DNA of 64,000 bases from Gemmatales bacterium (lineage in GTDB: Bacteria; Planctomycetota; Planctomycetia; Gemmatales; HRBIN36), in the NCBI GenBank assembly GCA_041640595.1, contig JBEPZY010000001.1, positions 224,001-288,000 of the forward strand, given 5' to 3'. Numbering within the stretch: position 1 is the first letter of the stretch; each line of letters opens with the position of its first letter. Positions 20,498 through 31,325 of this stretch are shown piece by piece. Position numbers and translations under genes: made by a program. Under the pieces are notes generated by a model. That model had not been told where the DNA came from and ran no database searches. It was given only the letters and a program-made list of their open reading frames with translations.

Positions 20498-21000
20498 GAG
20501 TTCGTCTCCCCCGCAGCCTCGCCTCAATGGTAGTTTACGCGCCTGACTGAATGCCGGTCTATTGGTGCAGCCCAGGGTACATTCTCTTGACGACTGGTCG
20601 GCAAAAAACTCACAGCCTATATCCCGCACCGAATCTCCGACGGCCCGATTGTCGCCACCTGATTGGGTCATGGGAAGGGAACTGCGCGAGCCAACCTCCG
20701 TTTCGGTTTCTTCCGGTGGTATCTTTTCGCAAAGCCCCGGGTTGGTCGAACAGCAGCGCGACTGCCACCGCAAGTCGGTTTTCCAACCGTTTTTTCCCGC
20801 AACATGCCGCCGAGCTGGTTCTGCCGACACGAAAATTTGCACTTCGCTGTGCAAGCGATTTGGCACCAGGCGAAATTACGTTCTAGATTTGAACAACCTT
20901 TGGCCAATTTCCCAGCAAGTGCCGGTAGCAATTGCCGATTTCGGGTTGGGCAGCGGTCGCGCCGGTGACCGCGCCGGTAATCACACAAGCGAGGGGAGCC

Positions 21001-21714
21001 GTGAACACGCAACTTTCGTCCTTCACACCAGCACGCACCATGCCGTCGGTAGGTCGAATGGCGACTGCCTCGAAAGCCAAAACCAGTCCGCTGGAAAACA
21101 CCGCCTGGTTCTGTCCCCAGGAGGTACGTATCGTGGTGGCGGACGATGATCCGGCCATTGGTCAGCTGATCCTGCAAACGCTGGCCCGACCAAGTTTCCG
21201 CGTGGACGTGGTTACCTCGGCCGCCGAGGCCCGCGAAAAAATCGCCGCCAACCCGTACCACCTGATTATCCTCGATTACGTTTTGCCCGGCTGGGATGCC
21301 AATCAAGCTCTGGAATTCATTCGCCAGCACCAGCCGGATGCAGCTGTGATTGTCATTACCGGCTATCCCAGTCTGGAAGGGGTTGTTTCCTGTCTGCGTG
21401 CCCGCGTCTATGACTATTTGACCAAGCCGTTCGACTTGCAGCAATTCGAAAATGTCGTGCAGCGCTGCCTGCAAAGCAAAGGATTGCTCCGAATGACGGA
21501 GGAAGCATTACTGGAACGCATCGGTGCGTTCATCCGTGAACGCCGCAAAGCGCTCGGTCTGACTCTGGCGCAGATGTCGGAACGTACCGGCGTTTCTCTG
21601 GGCTATTTGTCGCAGATCGAACTGGGCAAAAACTCTGCCTCCATTGAAACGCTTTATCGCATCTGCCTCGGATTCGGAATTCGTATGTCGGAGCTTTTTT
21701 CGGCTATTGATTGA
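21001..21714 (+). CDS. response regulator (REC + C-terminal XRE-type HTH)
   Basis: IVVADDD, IILDYVLP, ITGY, YLTKPF; IRERRKALGLTLAQMSERTGVSLGYLSQIELG; GTG start after GAGGGGAG (start uncertain). Confidence 0.85.
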   Translation: MNTQLSSFTPARTMPSVGRMATASKAKTSPLENTAWFCPQEVRIVVADDDPAIGQLILQTLARPSFRVDVVTSAAEAREKIAANPYHLIILDYVLPGWDANQALEFIRQHQPDAAVIVITGYPSLEGVVSCLRARVYDYLTKPFDLQQFENVVQRCLQSKGLLRMTEEALLERIGAFIRERRKALGLTLAQMSERTGVSLGYLSQIELGKNSASIETLYRICLGFGIRMSELFSAID

Positions 21715-21858
21715 GTCGCGGCCAATTTGCGACGCCGTGATACCCGTGAGCCGCGCATGTATTGAGTGTAGCCTGCTCTGACGGTACTAAACCGGTAGCC
21801 TGACAAATCCAGCGCTACCAGCCAGGCCGCCTGGTTCGCCTTCAGCCAGACGGTGTCG

Positions 21859-22149
21859 TTAGCTTGGAGAAGCGGCCGGCTGGGATTTCTCCAGTTTCAC
21901 CAGCAGGGCCGATAGCTGGGCCTTTTTACGGGCGGCGTAGTTGGGGTGAACGATGCGTTTGCAGGCAGCGCGATCCAGTTTTTCGAAAGCCAGGCTGATT
22001 TCCCGGCGAAGCAGGTCGAGGTTACTGGCTTTGTAAGCAGCCAGTGCTTTTTTGATTTGTGTTTTGATCGCGTGCTTGACGCTTCGGTTACGCAGACGGC
22101 GTTTGAGGTTCTGGCGTAGTCGTTTCTTAGCATTGCGCGTATGGGGCAT
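21859..22149 (-). CDS. rpsT: 30S ribosomal protein S20
   Basis: MPHTRNAKKRLRQNLKRRLRNRSVK...LDRAA.K..VHPNYAARKK. Confidence 0.92.
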   Translation of the reverse strand: MPHTRNAKKRLRQNLKRRLRNRSVKHAIKTQIKKALAAYKASNLDLLRREISLAFEKLDRAACKRIVHPNYAARKKAQLSALLVKLEKSQPAASPS

Positions 22150-22355
22150 CGCTGGCATCTCCGTGCAGCAAAGGCGGGAGCAAGTACGCCGTGTTCGCCT
22201 GGCAGGCTCTCCGTATTCGTGCGCCAAATGAGCACAGGTAAAAGAGATGGGCCATACCCGCCACATCCGAGGCACGTTCCGGAAGGGCGGACAGCAGATT
22301 GTATTAGCCGCAGCGACAATCTTCAACGGCTGAGGGCCATGCGAGTGCGGGTAGG

Positions 22356-23291
22356 TCAGGTTACGACCTGCTGGGCGAGGGCTTCGCGAATGGCAAGCAG
22401 GTTCCGCAACAGCTCTTCAAACCGGTCCAGGGGCCACATATTGGGCCCATCGCTCAAAGCCTGATCGGGACGGGGATGCACTTCAAAGAAAACGCCATCA
22501 CAGCCGCACGCGACCGCCGCCCGTGCCAGATACGGAATCATCGGCCGTAACCCGCCACTGCGATCCCCGGCCGCCCCTGGTAACTGCACCGAGTGCGTGG
22601 CATCGAAAATTACCGGACAGCCCAATGCCTGCATCCAGGGGATCGCTCGCATGTCCACGATCAAATTGCCGTAACCGAAACTGCTGCCGCGTTCGGTCAG
22701 CAGGACACGGTGGTTACCTACTTCGTGCAGTTTGGCCACGACGTGTCGCATATCCCACGGGGCCAGGAACTGGCCTTTCTTGACGTTGACAGGCTTACCG
22801 GTGCGCCCGGCAGCGTAAATGAGGTCGGTTTGCCGGGCCAGGAAAGCGGGGATCTGTAACAGGTCGCAAACGGCCGCGGTTGGTTCTGCCTGCCACGGTT
22901 CGTGGATGTCGGTGGTGGTCGGCAAACCGGAAACGCGGCGGACTTTTGCCAGAATCTCCAGACCCCTGTGCAGTCCCGGGCCGCGGTAGGACTTGCCCGA
23001 ACTGCGATTGGCTTTGTCAAACGAGGCCTTGAAAATCAGCGGTATCCGCAAGCGATCGTGAATGTCCGCCAGCTTCTCGGCAATGTGCAGCGTAAGCTCT
23101 TCCGATTCAATCACGCACGGCCCGGCGATGACCAGAAGGGGTTCCCCAGCCCCGCACGCCACCGTTCCGGTGATGACCACGTGGCGGTGATTCGAGTTTC
23201 CGTTGGACTCCGAGGAGATGGTTTCTCCACTGGCATTTTTGCCGACTGGCAAAGGCCAGACACCTGTCAGGTTTCCATCAGGAAATTGCAT
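22356..23291 (-). CDS. kdsA: 3-deoxy-8-phosphooctulonate (KDO8P) synthase
   Basis: [52 protein letters not shown]. Confidence 0.95.
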   Translation of the reverse strand: MQFPDGNLTGVWPLPVGKNASGETISSESNGNSNHRHVVITGTVACGAGEPLLVIAGPCVIESEELTLHIAEKLADIHDRLRIPLIFKASFDKANRSSGKSYRGPGLHRGLEILAKVRRVSGLPTTTDIHEPWQAEPTAAVCDLLQIPAFLARQTDLIYAAGRTGKPVNVKKGQFLAPWDMRHVVAKLHEVGNHRVLLTERGSSFGYGNLIVDMRAIPWMQALGCPVIFDATHSVQLPGAAGDRSGGLRPMIPYLARAAVACGCDGVFFEVHPRPDQALSDGPNMWPLDRFEELLRNLLAIREALAQQVVT

Positions 23292-23746
23292 GGTGATAAC
23301 CCCGCAAAGGCTTACCCCGCCGGAAAAAGTTTTTTTGCGATGAGCGATTGTTTGCTTATCCCGTTGCGCAGGCGGTTGTATCTAGCGGCAGGCTTAGCCG
23401 CTTCGATGGCCATTCCGCTTCGATAGCCGGTTCCGTGCTCCGCTTGTATGACTGGTCCGTGTACCGCCTGTATGGCTGACTTGGTGTACGGCTCGGAAGC
23501 GAATGCCGCTCGATGAAAAGCCGTCGTTACCGATTCGGGCAAAAGCCAGAAGCAGCGGTTCGGGCGGATTGCCATCGGCATGTTTGCCAACTATCCAATC
23601 CGTGGCGGTTTTGTCAATTCGAGTCGCCGCGGGTTCGGTTTCCAGCAACCGGCTGGAATTATGTTTCGGCGTTGCTAGACTTAAAGCAGATGCTGCAAGT
23701 TCGGGATGGCTTCGGAACCGCAGGGAATCAGCCAACGGAGTTCTTT

Positions 23747-24976
23747 ATGCGAAACCAGCGATCAGAAATGCCGGGCGTTGCCGTGTGGAAATGGCTCATC
23801 GTCGGTGGCCTGACGATGATGGTGAGCGGTATCCTTTTGGGCCGGGAACCGGCATCGCCGGAAGAACTGGTACGCCAGCTGGGCGACGCCAATTTCCGGG
23901 TTCGTGAGTCGGCGGCCGAGGCATTGATTCGCCTGGGGCACAAAGCCCTGCCGGCGTTGCAAGCGGGCATGAACGATTCCGACCCGGAAATTCGCCGACG
24001 TTGCCGCGAACTTTATCCCCAAGCGATGGCCTACGACCTGGAAGTGAGAATAAAGCAATTCCTGGCCGCCGACGATGACCGGGCCGACACAGTGCTTCCG
24101 GGCTGGCGGATGTTTCGTGAGATCGCTGGGAAGGACGCTGCGGCCAAGCGGTTCTTTGCCGACATCTACCGCTACGGACACACTTTGCTCGACAAAGCCG
24201 AGCGTGCCAGCCGCAGCGACGATGTTCAGTTGAAACGACAGGTTCAGGAGGAATACGCACGGTTGTGCGATGGTCTCACGCAGCAGGCGTTCAACCAGAT
24301 TACCGGTCAGCCGGGCGTCATACTCCCCGAACAGTTCGCGGCGGCGTTATTGCTTGGTTGCTTCCCTATCAACGACGAAGCCCTGGTTCCTCAGGCTCGG
24401 CAGATTTACAACCTGTGCAATCACACGTCGGTGCGACAATTCCTGCAGGAAAAAACGGAGCAGGCAAGCGTTCTGCGACGATTGCTTGTCGGGGTGGCGT
24501 TGAAATCTACCGACATGGCATGCTTGCAACAAACCCTGCAGCTGGCGCTGAACATCAATCTTCCGGAAGCCCAGGAGATGGCCCGACGCCACGCGGAGAA
24601 CAAAGAAATGCCTGGGTATGTTCGCGGACTGGCCCTGACTGTGGTAGCGAAATACGGGGGCCAGCGAGAACTGGCGTTCCTGGAGCGCTTTCTCGCCGAT
24701 GCCAGCCTGGTCACCACTACCCGTTTCGCTCGACAGAATGAGCAGATAAACATCCGTACTGAGCTGCGCGACCTGGCGCTGGCATTGGCGATTGATTTGA
24801 CAGGGCAGCGGCTGCAGGATTATGCGTTTCCCGCCCTGCAAGTGCTGGCGGTGAATTCCCACCTGCGTCCGACGGTGCACTATATCCCGCACTATTACGG
24901 TTTCAGCACTACCGAGCAACGAGAGGCCGCTTTCAAGAAATGGCACGAGTGGCGGCAAAATCACCCTCAGCCGTAA
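23747..24976 (+). CDS. exported HEAT-repeat protein
   Basis: Signal-like N-terminus; LVRQLGDANFRVRESAAEAL...DSDPEIRRR; GGAG RBS before ATG 23747. Confidence 0.75.
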   Translation: MRNQRSEMPGVAVWKWLIVGGLTMMVSGILLGREPASPEELVRQLGDANFRVRESAAEALIRLGHKALPALQAGMNDSDPEIRRRCRELYPQAMAYDLEVRIKQFLAADDDRADTVLPGWRMFREIAGKDAAAKRFFADIYRYGHTLLDKAERASRSDDVQLKRQVQEEYARLCDGLTQQAFNQITGQPGVILPEQFAAALLLGCFPINDEALVPQARQIYNLCNHTSVRQFLQEKTEQASVLRRLLVGVALKSTDMACLQQTLQLALNINLPEAQEMARRHAENKEMPGYVRGLALTVVAKYGGQRELAFLERFLADASLVTTTRFARQNEQINIRTELRDLALALAIDLTGQRLQDYAFPALQVLAVNSHLRPTVHYIPHYYGFSTTEQREAAFKKWHEWRQNHPQP

Positions 24977-24986
24977 ATCGGTTACC

Positions 24987-26672
24987 ATGATGAGCGACGC
25001 GGCTCGTGAGGAGCCTTCTGCGGTTTCTCCACCCAGGGATGCCCGGCGCGACTTATCGGGAAAAGTCCTGGGCGATTTTCGGTTGATCCGGAAACTCGGC
25101 GAAGGAGGCATGGGGCAGGTTTATCTGGCCGAGCAAATTTCTCTGCGTCGCCGGGTCGCCGTCAAGTTGCTCCGCAGCGATCTGGCGGGTCAGGAAGTTT
25201 CCCTCAAACGTTTCCGCGCCGAGGCCAAAATTGTTGCTCAGCTCAACCATCCCAACATTGTCCAGGTGTATGCCTTCGGCGAAAGTGAAGGCGTGCACTA
25301 CATGGCTATGGAATACGTGGATGGACGCAATCTCCGTGATTATCTGCGGCGACACGGGCCCGCACCGGTCGCTCTGGTGCTGCACATTGTTCAGCAGGTA
25401 GCGCTGGCGTTACAGCGTGCCAGCGAGCTGGGGCTGGTTCACCGCGACATCAAACCGGAAAACATTTTGCTCACCCGACGCGGCGAAGTGAAGGTAGCTG
25501 ATTTCGGCTTATCGCGCATGATCCAGGGGGAAGAAGCCCAGCGCCTCACCCAGACCGGTACCACTCTCGGCACGCCGTTGTACATGAGTCCCGAACAGGT
25601 CGAAGGTCGCCCTCTCGACTGCCGCAGCGACATCTACTCGCTGGGAGTCACCTGCTATCATTTGCTGGCCGGTCGGCCTCCGTTTGAAGGGGAGAATGCG
25701 TTTGCCGTGGCCTTGCAGCACTTGCAGCACGAGCCACCACCATTGCAATCTTTGCGGCCTGATTTGCCCGAGGATGTATGCGCCCTGGTGCATCGCATGA
25801 TGGCCAAGCGGCCCGAAGAACGTTTTTCCTCTCCAGCTGAGCTACTGCAAGCGGTGGCCGTACTGAGCCAGCGCTATACCCAATCAGGCGCGGTAACCGC
25901 TTCCCCAACGCTAAACACCAGTGCCTCGCTGAGCGGTTCGGCTGCCGGGACGGTGGTGTTGAGTTCCGCGGCCAGCACACTCACCTGGCAGATGGCCGAT
26001 ACCAAAAGCCGAAGCTGGCGGCGCAGGTTGTTATTGTTCCTGGCCGTGCCCGCCAGTCTCATCGGAGCGTTTTTTGGAGCTTGGCAAGTGAGCCGGTTGG
26101 CTTCCGAACATTCGCTCACCGTGAGCCAGCAGGAAGACTTTACCCCGGAAACTGCCGCTCTCCGCCTGGCTGGCGGAATCACCAGGCGCGAACAGGAAGA
26201 AGCCTTGCAGGTGCTGGTGCGGGCTACAGAAAGGCCGGAGAAGGACCCGGCTAAACTTCGCCAGGGGCTTCAGCATCGCCTCGATTTGCTGGTTTTGCTT
26301 TTACACAGCTACGGCGAGGAACGCTCCGCTCTGGATCGCGCGGAGAAATGGTGCCGCGAGTGGATCAAAAGCCCGGTCGAGGCTTACGCGCTGGTCGGAG
26401 AAATCGGGCTGGCTATAGTGCTGGCGTTTCAGGATAAACCAGCGGAATCCAACGAGCGATTCCTGGCCGCTCTGAAACGCTGCCCCGGTTTGCAGCGACC
26501 CGCCTATGGCTTGACACCGGTGCTGCAACCGGAATGGTATCGGCTGGTGGTACGGGCTCTGGAACATAATCGGGTCAATTGCGCTGCTTTCGGCCTGGCG
26601 TTTCCGAACGAACTGGCTCGTTTGCGGCAGGAATTGCCTGCCCGCCCACGCCCCCTCAAGCCCGGTTCGTAA
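24987..26672 (+). CDS. Hanks-type serine/threonine protein kinase with TM and C-terminal helical domain
   Basis: LGEGGMGQVY, VAVK, HRDIKPEN, DFGL, GTPLYMSPEQ, SDIYSLG. Confidence 0.95.
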   Translation: MMSDAAREEPSAVSPPRDARRDLSGKVLGDFRLIRKLGEGGMGQVYLAEQISLRRRVAVKLLRSDLAGQEVSLKRFRAEAKIVAQLNHPNIVQVYAFGESEGVHYMAMEYVDGRNLRDYLRRHGPAPVALVLHIVQQVALALQRASELGLVHRDIKPENILLTRRGEVKVADFGLSRMIQGEEAQRLTQTGTTLGTPLYMSPEQVEGRPLDCRSDIYSLGVTCYHLLAGRPPFEGENAFAVALQHLQHEPPPLQSLRPDLPEDVCALVHRMMAKRPEERFSSPAELLQAVAVLSQRYTQSGAVTASPTLNTSASLSGSAAGTVVLSSAASTLTWQMADTKSRSWRRRLLLFLAVPASLIGAFFGAWQVSRLASEHSLTVSQQEDFTPETAALRLAGGITRREQEEALQVLVRATERPEKDPAKLRQGLQHRLDLLVLLLHSYGEERSALDRAEKWCREWIKSPVEAYALVGEIGLAIVLAFQDKPAESNERFLAALKRCPGLQRPAYGLTPVLQPEWYRLVVRALEHNRVNCAAFGLAFPNELARLRQELPARPRPLKPGS

Positions 26673-26810
26673 TGCACTGCTTCGTTTGCGGGACATCCGG
26701 TTCCGTTCGTGAATCCTCAGGTGGGGCCGCGGAGTAAAATGAATGTAACGAACCAGATTGGGCATAATTCGGCCCCTGGATGTCCGGAAGGGCTGACACG
26801 GATACCGGTC

Positions 26811-27977
26811 ATGTCTGATAAAACTGCCTCACTCCCGCTGCACGAACGCGTCCGCAAACTCCAGTTACCGGAAAGCGTTGACCGCACGGTTTCCCGCTGG
26901 CCGGAACGATTACCCTGGCTGCTCTGGCTGGTTACGCTGGCGGTCTGTCTGGTGCTGGCATGGCGTTTGTGGCCGACCAGACCGGCTTCGACGGCGGTGA
27001 GCACTGGCGAATCTGCTTCCGAAGCCAGGCCGTCAGGTCAATCCGCTTCGCCGGACGATTCCGCTCCCAGTCCTGATACCGTGGTGCTCGAAGCGCTCGG
27101 TTACGTGGTCCCGGTGCGCAAGGTGCAGGTCAGTCCCAAAGTCGGGGGTCAGATTATCCGCCTGTATGTGGAAGAAGGCAGCCTGGTGAAGGCAGGCGAA
27201 CTCATTGCCGAGATTGATCCGACCAAATATCTCCACGAGCGCAATCGCCGCTATGCACTCTGGCAGCAGGCGAAAGCACGGTATGAATTGCTCAAAGCTG
27301 GCAACCGTCCCGAAGAAATCCGCCGTGCCGAAGCGGCCTGGCAGGAAGCTCAGGCAGCTCTGCGTCAGGCGGAAAATGACTGGAAACGCACCCGCCTTGC
27401 CAGCCGCGCTGCTACTCCGGAAGAACTCGAACGTACCGAAAGTGCCCTGCAACAGGCTCGCCAGCGCGAACGCGCTTTGTTCCAGCAATACGAACTGCTC
27501 CGTCAGGGATTCCGTCAGGAGGAAATTCGTCAGGCCGAGGCAGAAATGCTGGCTCTGGAAGCCGCTTACCGTGATGCTGAGTACGACCTGGAAAATACCC
27601 GCGTCCGTTCGCCGATCACGGGTGTCGTGCTTACCAAACGCGCCGATGTCGGCGATATGGTTTTGCCCAACGTGCCCAGTAACCTTTCCGCCAGTATATG
27701 CGATCTCGCAGACCTTCGCAATCTCGAAGTGGAAGTGGATATCAGCGAACGCGACCTGCGCTACATCCGTCGCCAGCAGCGCTGCGAGATTCGTCCCGAC
27801 GCTTTTCCGCAGCTGGTCCTTGCGGGCAAAGTTACCCGCATCATGCCGCAAGCCAATCGCAGTAAAGCCAGCGTCTCAGTGCGCGTGGGCATTATCCTGC
27901 CGGACGATGTCGAACTTCTACCGGACACGCGAGCCCGCGTTCGCTTCTTTGCCGGTTTGGCCACTGAGCAAAAGTAA
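26811..27977 (+). CDS. efflux RND/HlyD-family periplasmic adaptor subunit
   Basis: TM, VSPKVGGQI..LYVEEGSLVKAG, coiled hairpin, RSPITGVVL, LEVEVDISE. Confidence 0.88.
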   Translation: MSDKTASLPLHERVRKLQLPESVDRTVSRWPERLPWLLWLVTLAVCLVLAWRLWPTRPASTAVSTGESASEARPSGQSASPDDSAPSPDTVVLEALGYVVPVRKVQVSPKVGGQIIRLYVEEGSLVKAGELIAEIDPTKYLHERNRRYALWQQAKARYELLKAGNRPEEIRRAEAAWQEAQAALRQAENDWKRTRLASRAATPEELERTESALQQARQRERALFQQYELLRQGFRQEEIRQAEAEMLALEAAYRDAEYDLENTRVRSPITGVVLTKRADVGDMVLPNVPSNLSASICDLADLRNLEVEVDISERDLRYIRRQQRCEIRPDAFPQLVLAGKVTRIMPQANRSKASVSVRVGIILPDDVELLPDTRARVRFFAGLATEQK

Positions 27978-28033
27978 CCTCCCGGTCTCGCGTGGGCATC
28001 GACCTCGAACCGTTTTCGTTCCGTCCTGACGCT

Positions 28034-28711
28034 TTAGACCATCTTTTCCGCCAGCACTCCTGCGAGACCTTCGCTTCCTACACGGACTACGCGGTCGTTG
28101 ACCTCCAGCTCAAAAACATCGTCGAGAAAATGCCGGGCCAGCATCCGCACGCGCGCCCCGGGTTTCAAACCATGTTTTTCCCATTGTCGCAGCCGCTCCG
28201 GCTGATCGTCGCGTACTTCCCGCACGATTCCCCATTCCCCTTCCTGCAACGAAACCAGGGGAAGCAGGCTGCGCACCTGTAAATCGCCTTCCGCGGTCGG
28301 AATCGGATGCCCATGCGGATCTTCCAGCGGTTCCTGCAGATATTGGGCAATCGCACGTTCCAGACGGGGACTGATGACGTGCTCCAGGGCTTCCGCTTCT
28401 GCATCTACCTCACTCCAGTCCAGTCCCAAAACGCGATGCAAAAACAGCTCCACCAGCCGATGCCGACGTACCACCCGCCGCGCTTCCCGTAATCCCGACT
28501 CCGTAAATCGCGCTCCACGACCGGGCTCATACTGCACCCAGCCCGCTTCCGCGAGCTGCTTGAGCATGGCCGTGACCGACGGCGAACGCACGCCCAGACG
28601 CGCCGCGATCTCGTTCGGCGAAACCACTCGTTCTGCTCCGCCCAGATGGTGAATCGCTTTCAGGTAATCTTGTTCCGCCTTACTCGGCACCCGCGGATTC
28701 ATACTCGCCAT
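28034..28711 (-). CDS. DtxR/MntR family metal-dependent transcriptional regulator with FeoA domain
   Basis: DYLKAI, IAARLGVRSPSVTAMLK, RRHRLVELFL, EAEALEH, DPHGHPIP, GLKPGA. Confidence 0.92.
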   Translation of the reverse strand: MASMNPRVPSKAEQDYLKAIHHLGGAERVVSPNEIAARLGVRSPSVTAMLKQLAEAGWVQYEPGRGARFTESGLREARRVVRRHRLVELFLHRVLGLDWSEVDAEAEALEHVISPRLERAIAQYLQEPLEDPHGHPIPTAEGDLQVRSLLPLVSLQEGEWGIVREVRDDQPERLRQWEKHGLKPGARVRMLARHFLDDVFELEVNDRVVRVGSEGLAGVLAEKMV

Positions 28712-28743
28712 TCCTGTCCTAGGCGTTCTTGTGTCGCTGGTAG

Positions 28744-30111
28744 CTAGCCGGCTGGTTCGAGTTCGAGATTGGATACCACGTGTCCCGCCTGCGCTGGCAC
28801 CACTACCGCACCGGCACTCCCTCGAGCCACCAGGTTACCGCTGATGAGCAGCTTGCGGCATTTTTCATCGGCTGCAATACCGCACAGGTACTCCTTAACA
28901 TCTGGCCCGGCTGCCACGCGGCAACCCTGAACGAGAACCTCCTGGCATTCTTCAAGCAGGATTCCCTGCCTGTATCCGCTCACTAATTGACAGCCTCCGA
29001 TCACCACCTCCCGACACTTTCGAAAGACCCAGCTTGCTGCCAGCGCTTCTTTTCCCTTTAGTGTGTGCACCTGGACATTTCCTTGCAACACCACTTGACG
29101 GCACCGCTCGAAAAGTACCCCGTCCGTGCTCAAACCCTTGTAATCCGGATTGTAATCCAGGGAGTTACCGCTTACGGCCAAATTCACACAATCCTCTGCC
29201 CGGATAGCGTAACGATAGCCGCTATAAATAACGTTGCCCGTCACACTGACTCCGCGGCACGCTACCAGGTGTAAGACAGTTTCCTGACTGCCTAATAAGT
29301 TGCCGCTAATCGTCAGCATGCCGACCGCGTTGGGATTTTGTGGACCGGCACCTAATAAGCGGATGTTCGCTCCTCCTGGACTTTCCCGAGCTTGAACCGT
29401 GTTGCCCACTATGGTTCCTTCGCGGATTGTACCCTCCCGACAATCGAGAAAAATATCGGCACAACCCTGAAGCTTGTCGTCATAGTTATATTCGATATCG
29501 TTGCCGCAGATTTGTAAGTTGCGGACTTCGCTGCCCTCAATGTAAATGCCAGCTCGTGGGTGATAACTGATATGGCAACCATAAATGTTAGTCTGATGCA
29601 GATTGACGTGGTCGAAATATATGCCGATCTTCCGGCAATGGTATATATGGCAGCCGTCCAGGATCACGTTGCGTGCCCGCTTAACTAAGTGAACACCATA
29701 ACGGCAACGCCGAATGAGAACATGGCTGAGAGTGCTCTGCATGGTTCCTTCGATACGGACACCGTCAGCTTCGGGATGGTCGCCGACGATTTCTATATCG
29801 CTCAGGGTCGGGAATCGCTCGCGTTGCCAGACCGAATCACGAAAATGGCTGGGATCGGCGGTGCGATCATGCGTGCCTATCAGATGCAGAGCAGGTCCGG
29901 CCGATTTCATAAGCAATCGTGCCTGACCTCCCAAGCCGACCATGCTGAACCGACCCAGTTTGTCCAGCGGCACCACTAAACTTCGCGTCAGAACATAATC
30001 ACCCCGCGGTACTTCCAGCAAACCGTCTCCCATTTTCAAGGCGTGCTCGAATGCGGCAGTATCATCGGTTTTGCCATCACCGGTTGCCCCAAAATGCTTG
30101 ACGTTTGCCAT
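28744..30111 (-). CDS. right-handed parallel beta-helix repeat protein (pectate-lyase-3-like N-terminus)
   Basis: NVKHFGATGDGKTDDTAAF; many I.GN/I.GC beta-helix repeats. Confidence 0.85.
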   Translation of the reverse strand: MANVKHFGATGDGKTDDTAAFEHALKMGDGLLEVPRGDYVLTRSLVVPLDKLGRFSMVGLGGQARLLMKSAGPALHLIGTHDRTADPSHFRDSVWQRERFPTLSDIEIVGDHPEADGVRIEGTMQSTLSHVLIRRCRYGVHLVKRARNVILDGCHIYHCRKIGIYFDHVNLHQTNIYGCHISYHPRAGIYIEGSEVRNLQICGNDIEYNYDDKLQGCADIFLDCREGTIREGTIVGNTVQARESPGGANIRLLGAGPQNPNAVGMLTISGNLLGSQETVLHLVACRGVSVTGNVIYSGYRYAIRAEDCVNLAVSGNSLDYNPDYKGLSTDGVLFERCRQVVLQGNVQVHTLKGKEALAASWVFRKCREVVIGGCQLVSGYRQGILLEECQEVLVQGCRVAAGPDVKEYLCGIAADEKCRKLLISGNLVARGSAGAVVVPAQAGHVVSNLELEPAG

Positions 30112-30182
30112 GTCACCTACCCCCAGGGTCGTTGTTCATGGATCGCTTGACGCTTGGGCCAGCACCAGGTTCTAAATGATGT

Positions 30183-31301
30183 TCAGCCTGAGTGCTGTCG
30201 GATTTCTTCCAAACTCACAGCGCGGTGTTCTCGGGCACTTAGTAAGACGGCTTCACATAAGGCGAGGGTATCTAAATTGTCTCGGCCACTAATCTCCGGC
30301 TCACGATTTTCTTCGATGGCGCAGAGCAGTTGTGCCATGGTTCCGATAAACGCATCGGGAAACCATACCTGCTGCCAGCGGGGACTGAACCAGTAGCCGG
30401 GAAATGCCCGTGTGGTAAAGTCGAGAGTGCTGGGACAGCGGGCTGGATACGCTGGCCAGCCTATGGTACCTCTTGCTAAGCCGTCGCTTCCTTCGACGCG
30501 CCAGCGAATATAGATATCGCTTTCGCTGCCTTCCCTAGCTGGGCCGGTCCATACATCGTCCCAACCGCAGGCTCGGCAACCGTTCGCGTATTCCAGGATA
30601 TAGAGGTTGATACCGTCATGGTGGGGAAAACGGGTGCGGGGATCAGGACGAGTGCTGGCCAGCACGCGATCGGGATTACCGAGCCAGTAGCGGAAAGTAT
30701 CCAGGTGATGGATACTCATAATGAAGGTGCTGAGCGAACGCAGGCCCTGAGCCCAGGGCATCCAGTGTGGAATGGCCCGCATTTCGATAGTTGCCAGTAC
30801 CGGTTCACCCAACCAGCCGCGGCTTAGAATGTCTTTGCAAGCCCGCACCGATTGGTCGTAACGCATATTCTGATTGACTGCCAGATATATACCGGCTTGC
30901 TCACAGAGTTCGACTAACTCCCGGCCCTCCTTATAACTCATGGCCAGGGGTTTCTGGGCGAGGATACCGCGAATTTTGCCGCGATAAGAAGTTGCATGAC
31001 GGATCAGGTCGGGTTGTTGATCCGGCGGCACGGCAATATCGAGAATTTCCACCTCCGGATCGGCAAGCAGCTCATCAAGGCGACGATAGCAGCGGGGAAT
31101 GTCGAAGGTATGTGCGACCTGCCTGGCTCGCTCATAGGTCCTGGAGTAAATGGCCACGGGCCGGAATCCCGCCTGACGGTATGCAACTAAATGGCAATCG
31201 CGCATAATAAAACCGGCACCGATACAGCCGATACCATAATCTTTGCGCTGGGGCAATCGCGGCAGATAATCAAGCTGCAACGTCTGGACTAAGTCACTCA
31301 T
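30183..31301 (-). CDS. Gfo/Idh/MocA family oxidoreductase
   Basis: IGCIGAGFI, DIAVPP, AQKPLA, VNQNMRY, IHHLD. Confidence 0.9.
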   Translation of the reverse strand: MSDLVQTLQLDYLPRLPQRKDYGIGCIGAGFIMRDCHLVAYRQAGFRPVAIYSRTYERARQVAHTFDIPRCYRRLDELLADPEVEILDIAVPPDQQPDLIRHATSYRGKIRGILAQKPLAMSYKEGRELVELCEQAGIYLAVNQNMRYDQSVRACKDILSRGWLGEPVLATIEMRAIPHWMPWAQGLRSLSTFIMSIHHLDTFRYWLGNPDRVLASTRPDPRTRFPHHDGINLYILEYANGCRACGWDDVWTGPAREGSESDIYIRWRVEGSDGLARGTIGWPAYPARCPSTLDFTTRAFPGYWFSPRWQQVWFPDAFIGTMAQLLCAIEENREPEISGRDNLDTLALCEAVLLSAREHRAVSLEEIRQHSG

Positions 31302-31325
31302 AATGCGGCCCGGCTGGGATAGAGG

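Noticed and set aside
20498..20866. 123-aa N-terminal extension of the second cyclase-fold gene
   Set aside because: The paralog, the duplicated RBS and the Tat signal all place the start at 20497.
23395..23430. Short direct repeat CCGCTTCGAT(G/A)GCC in the divergent region upstream of kdsA
   Set aside because: Only two short GC-rich copies; could be chance.
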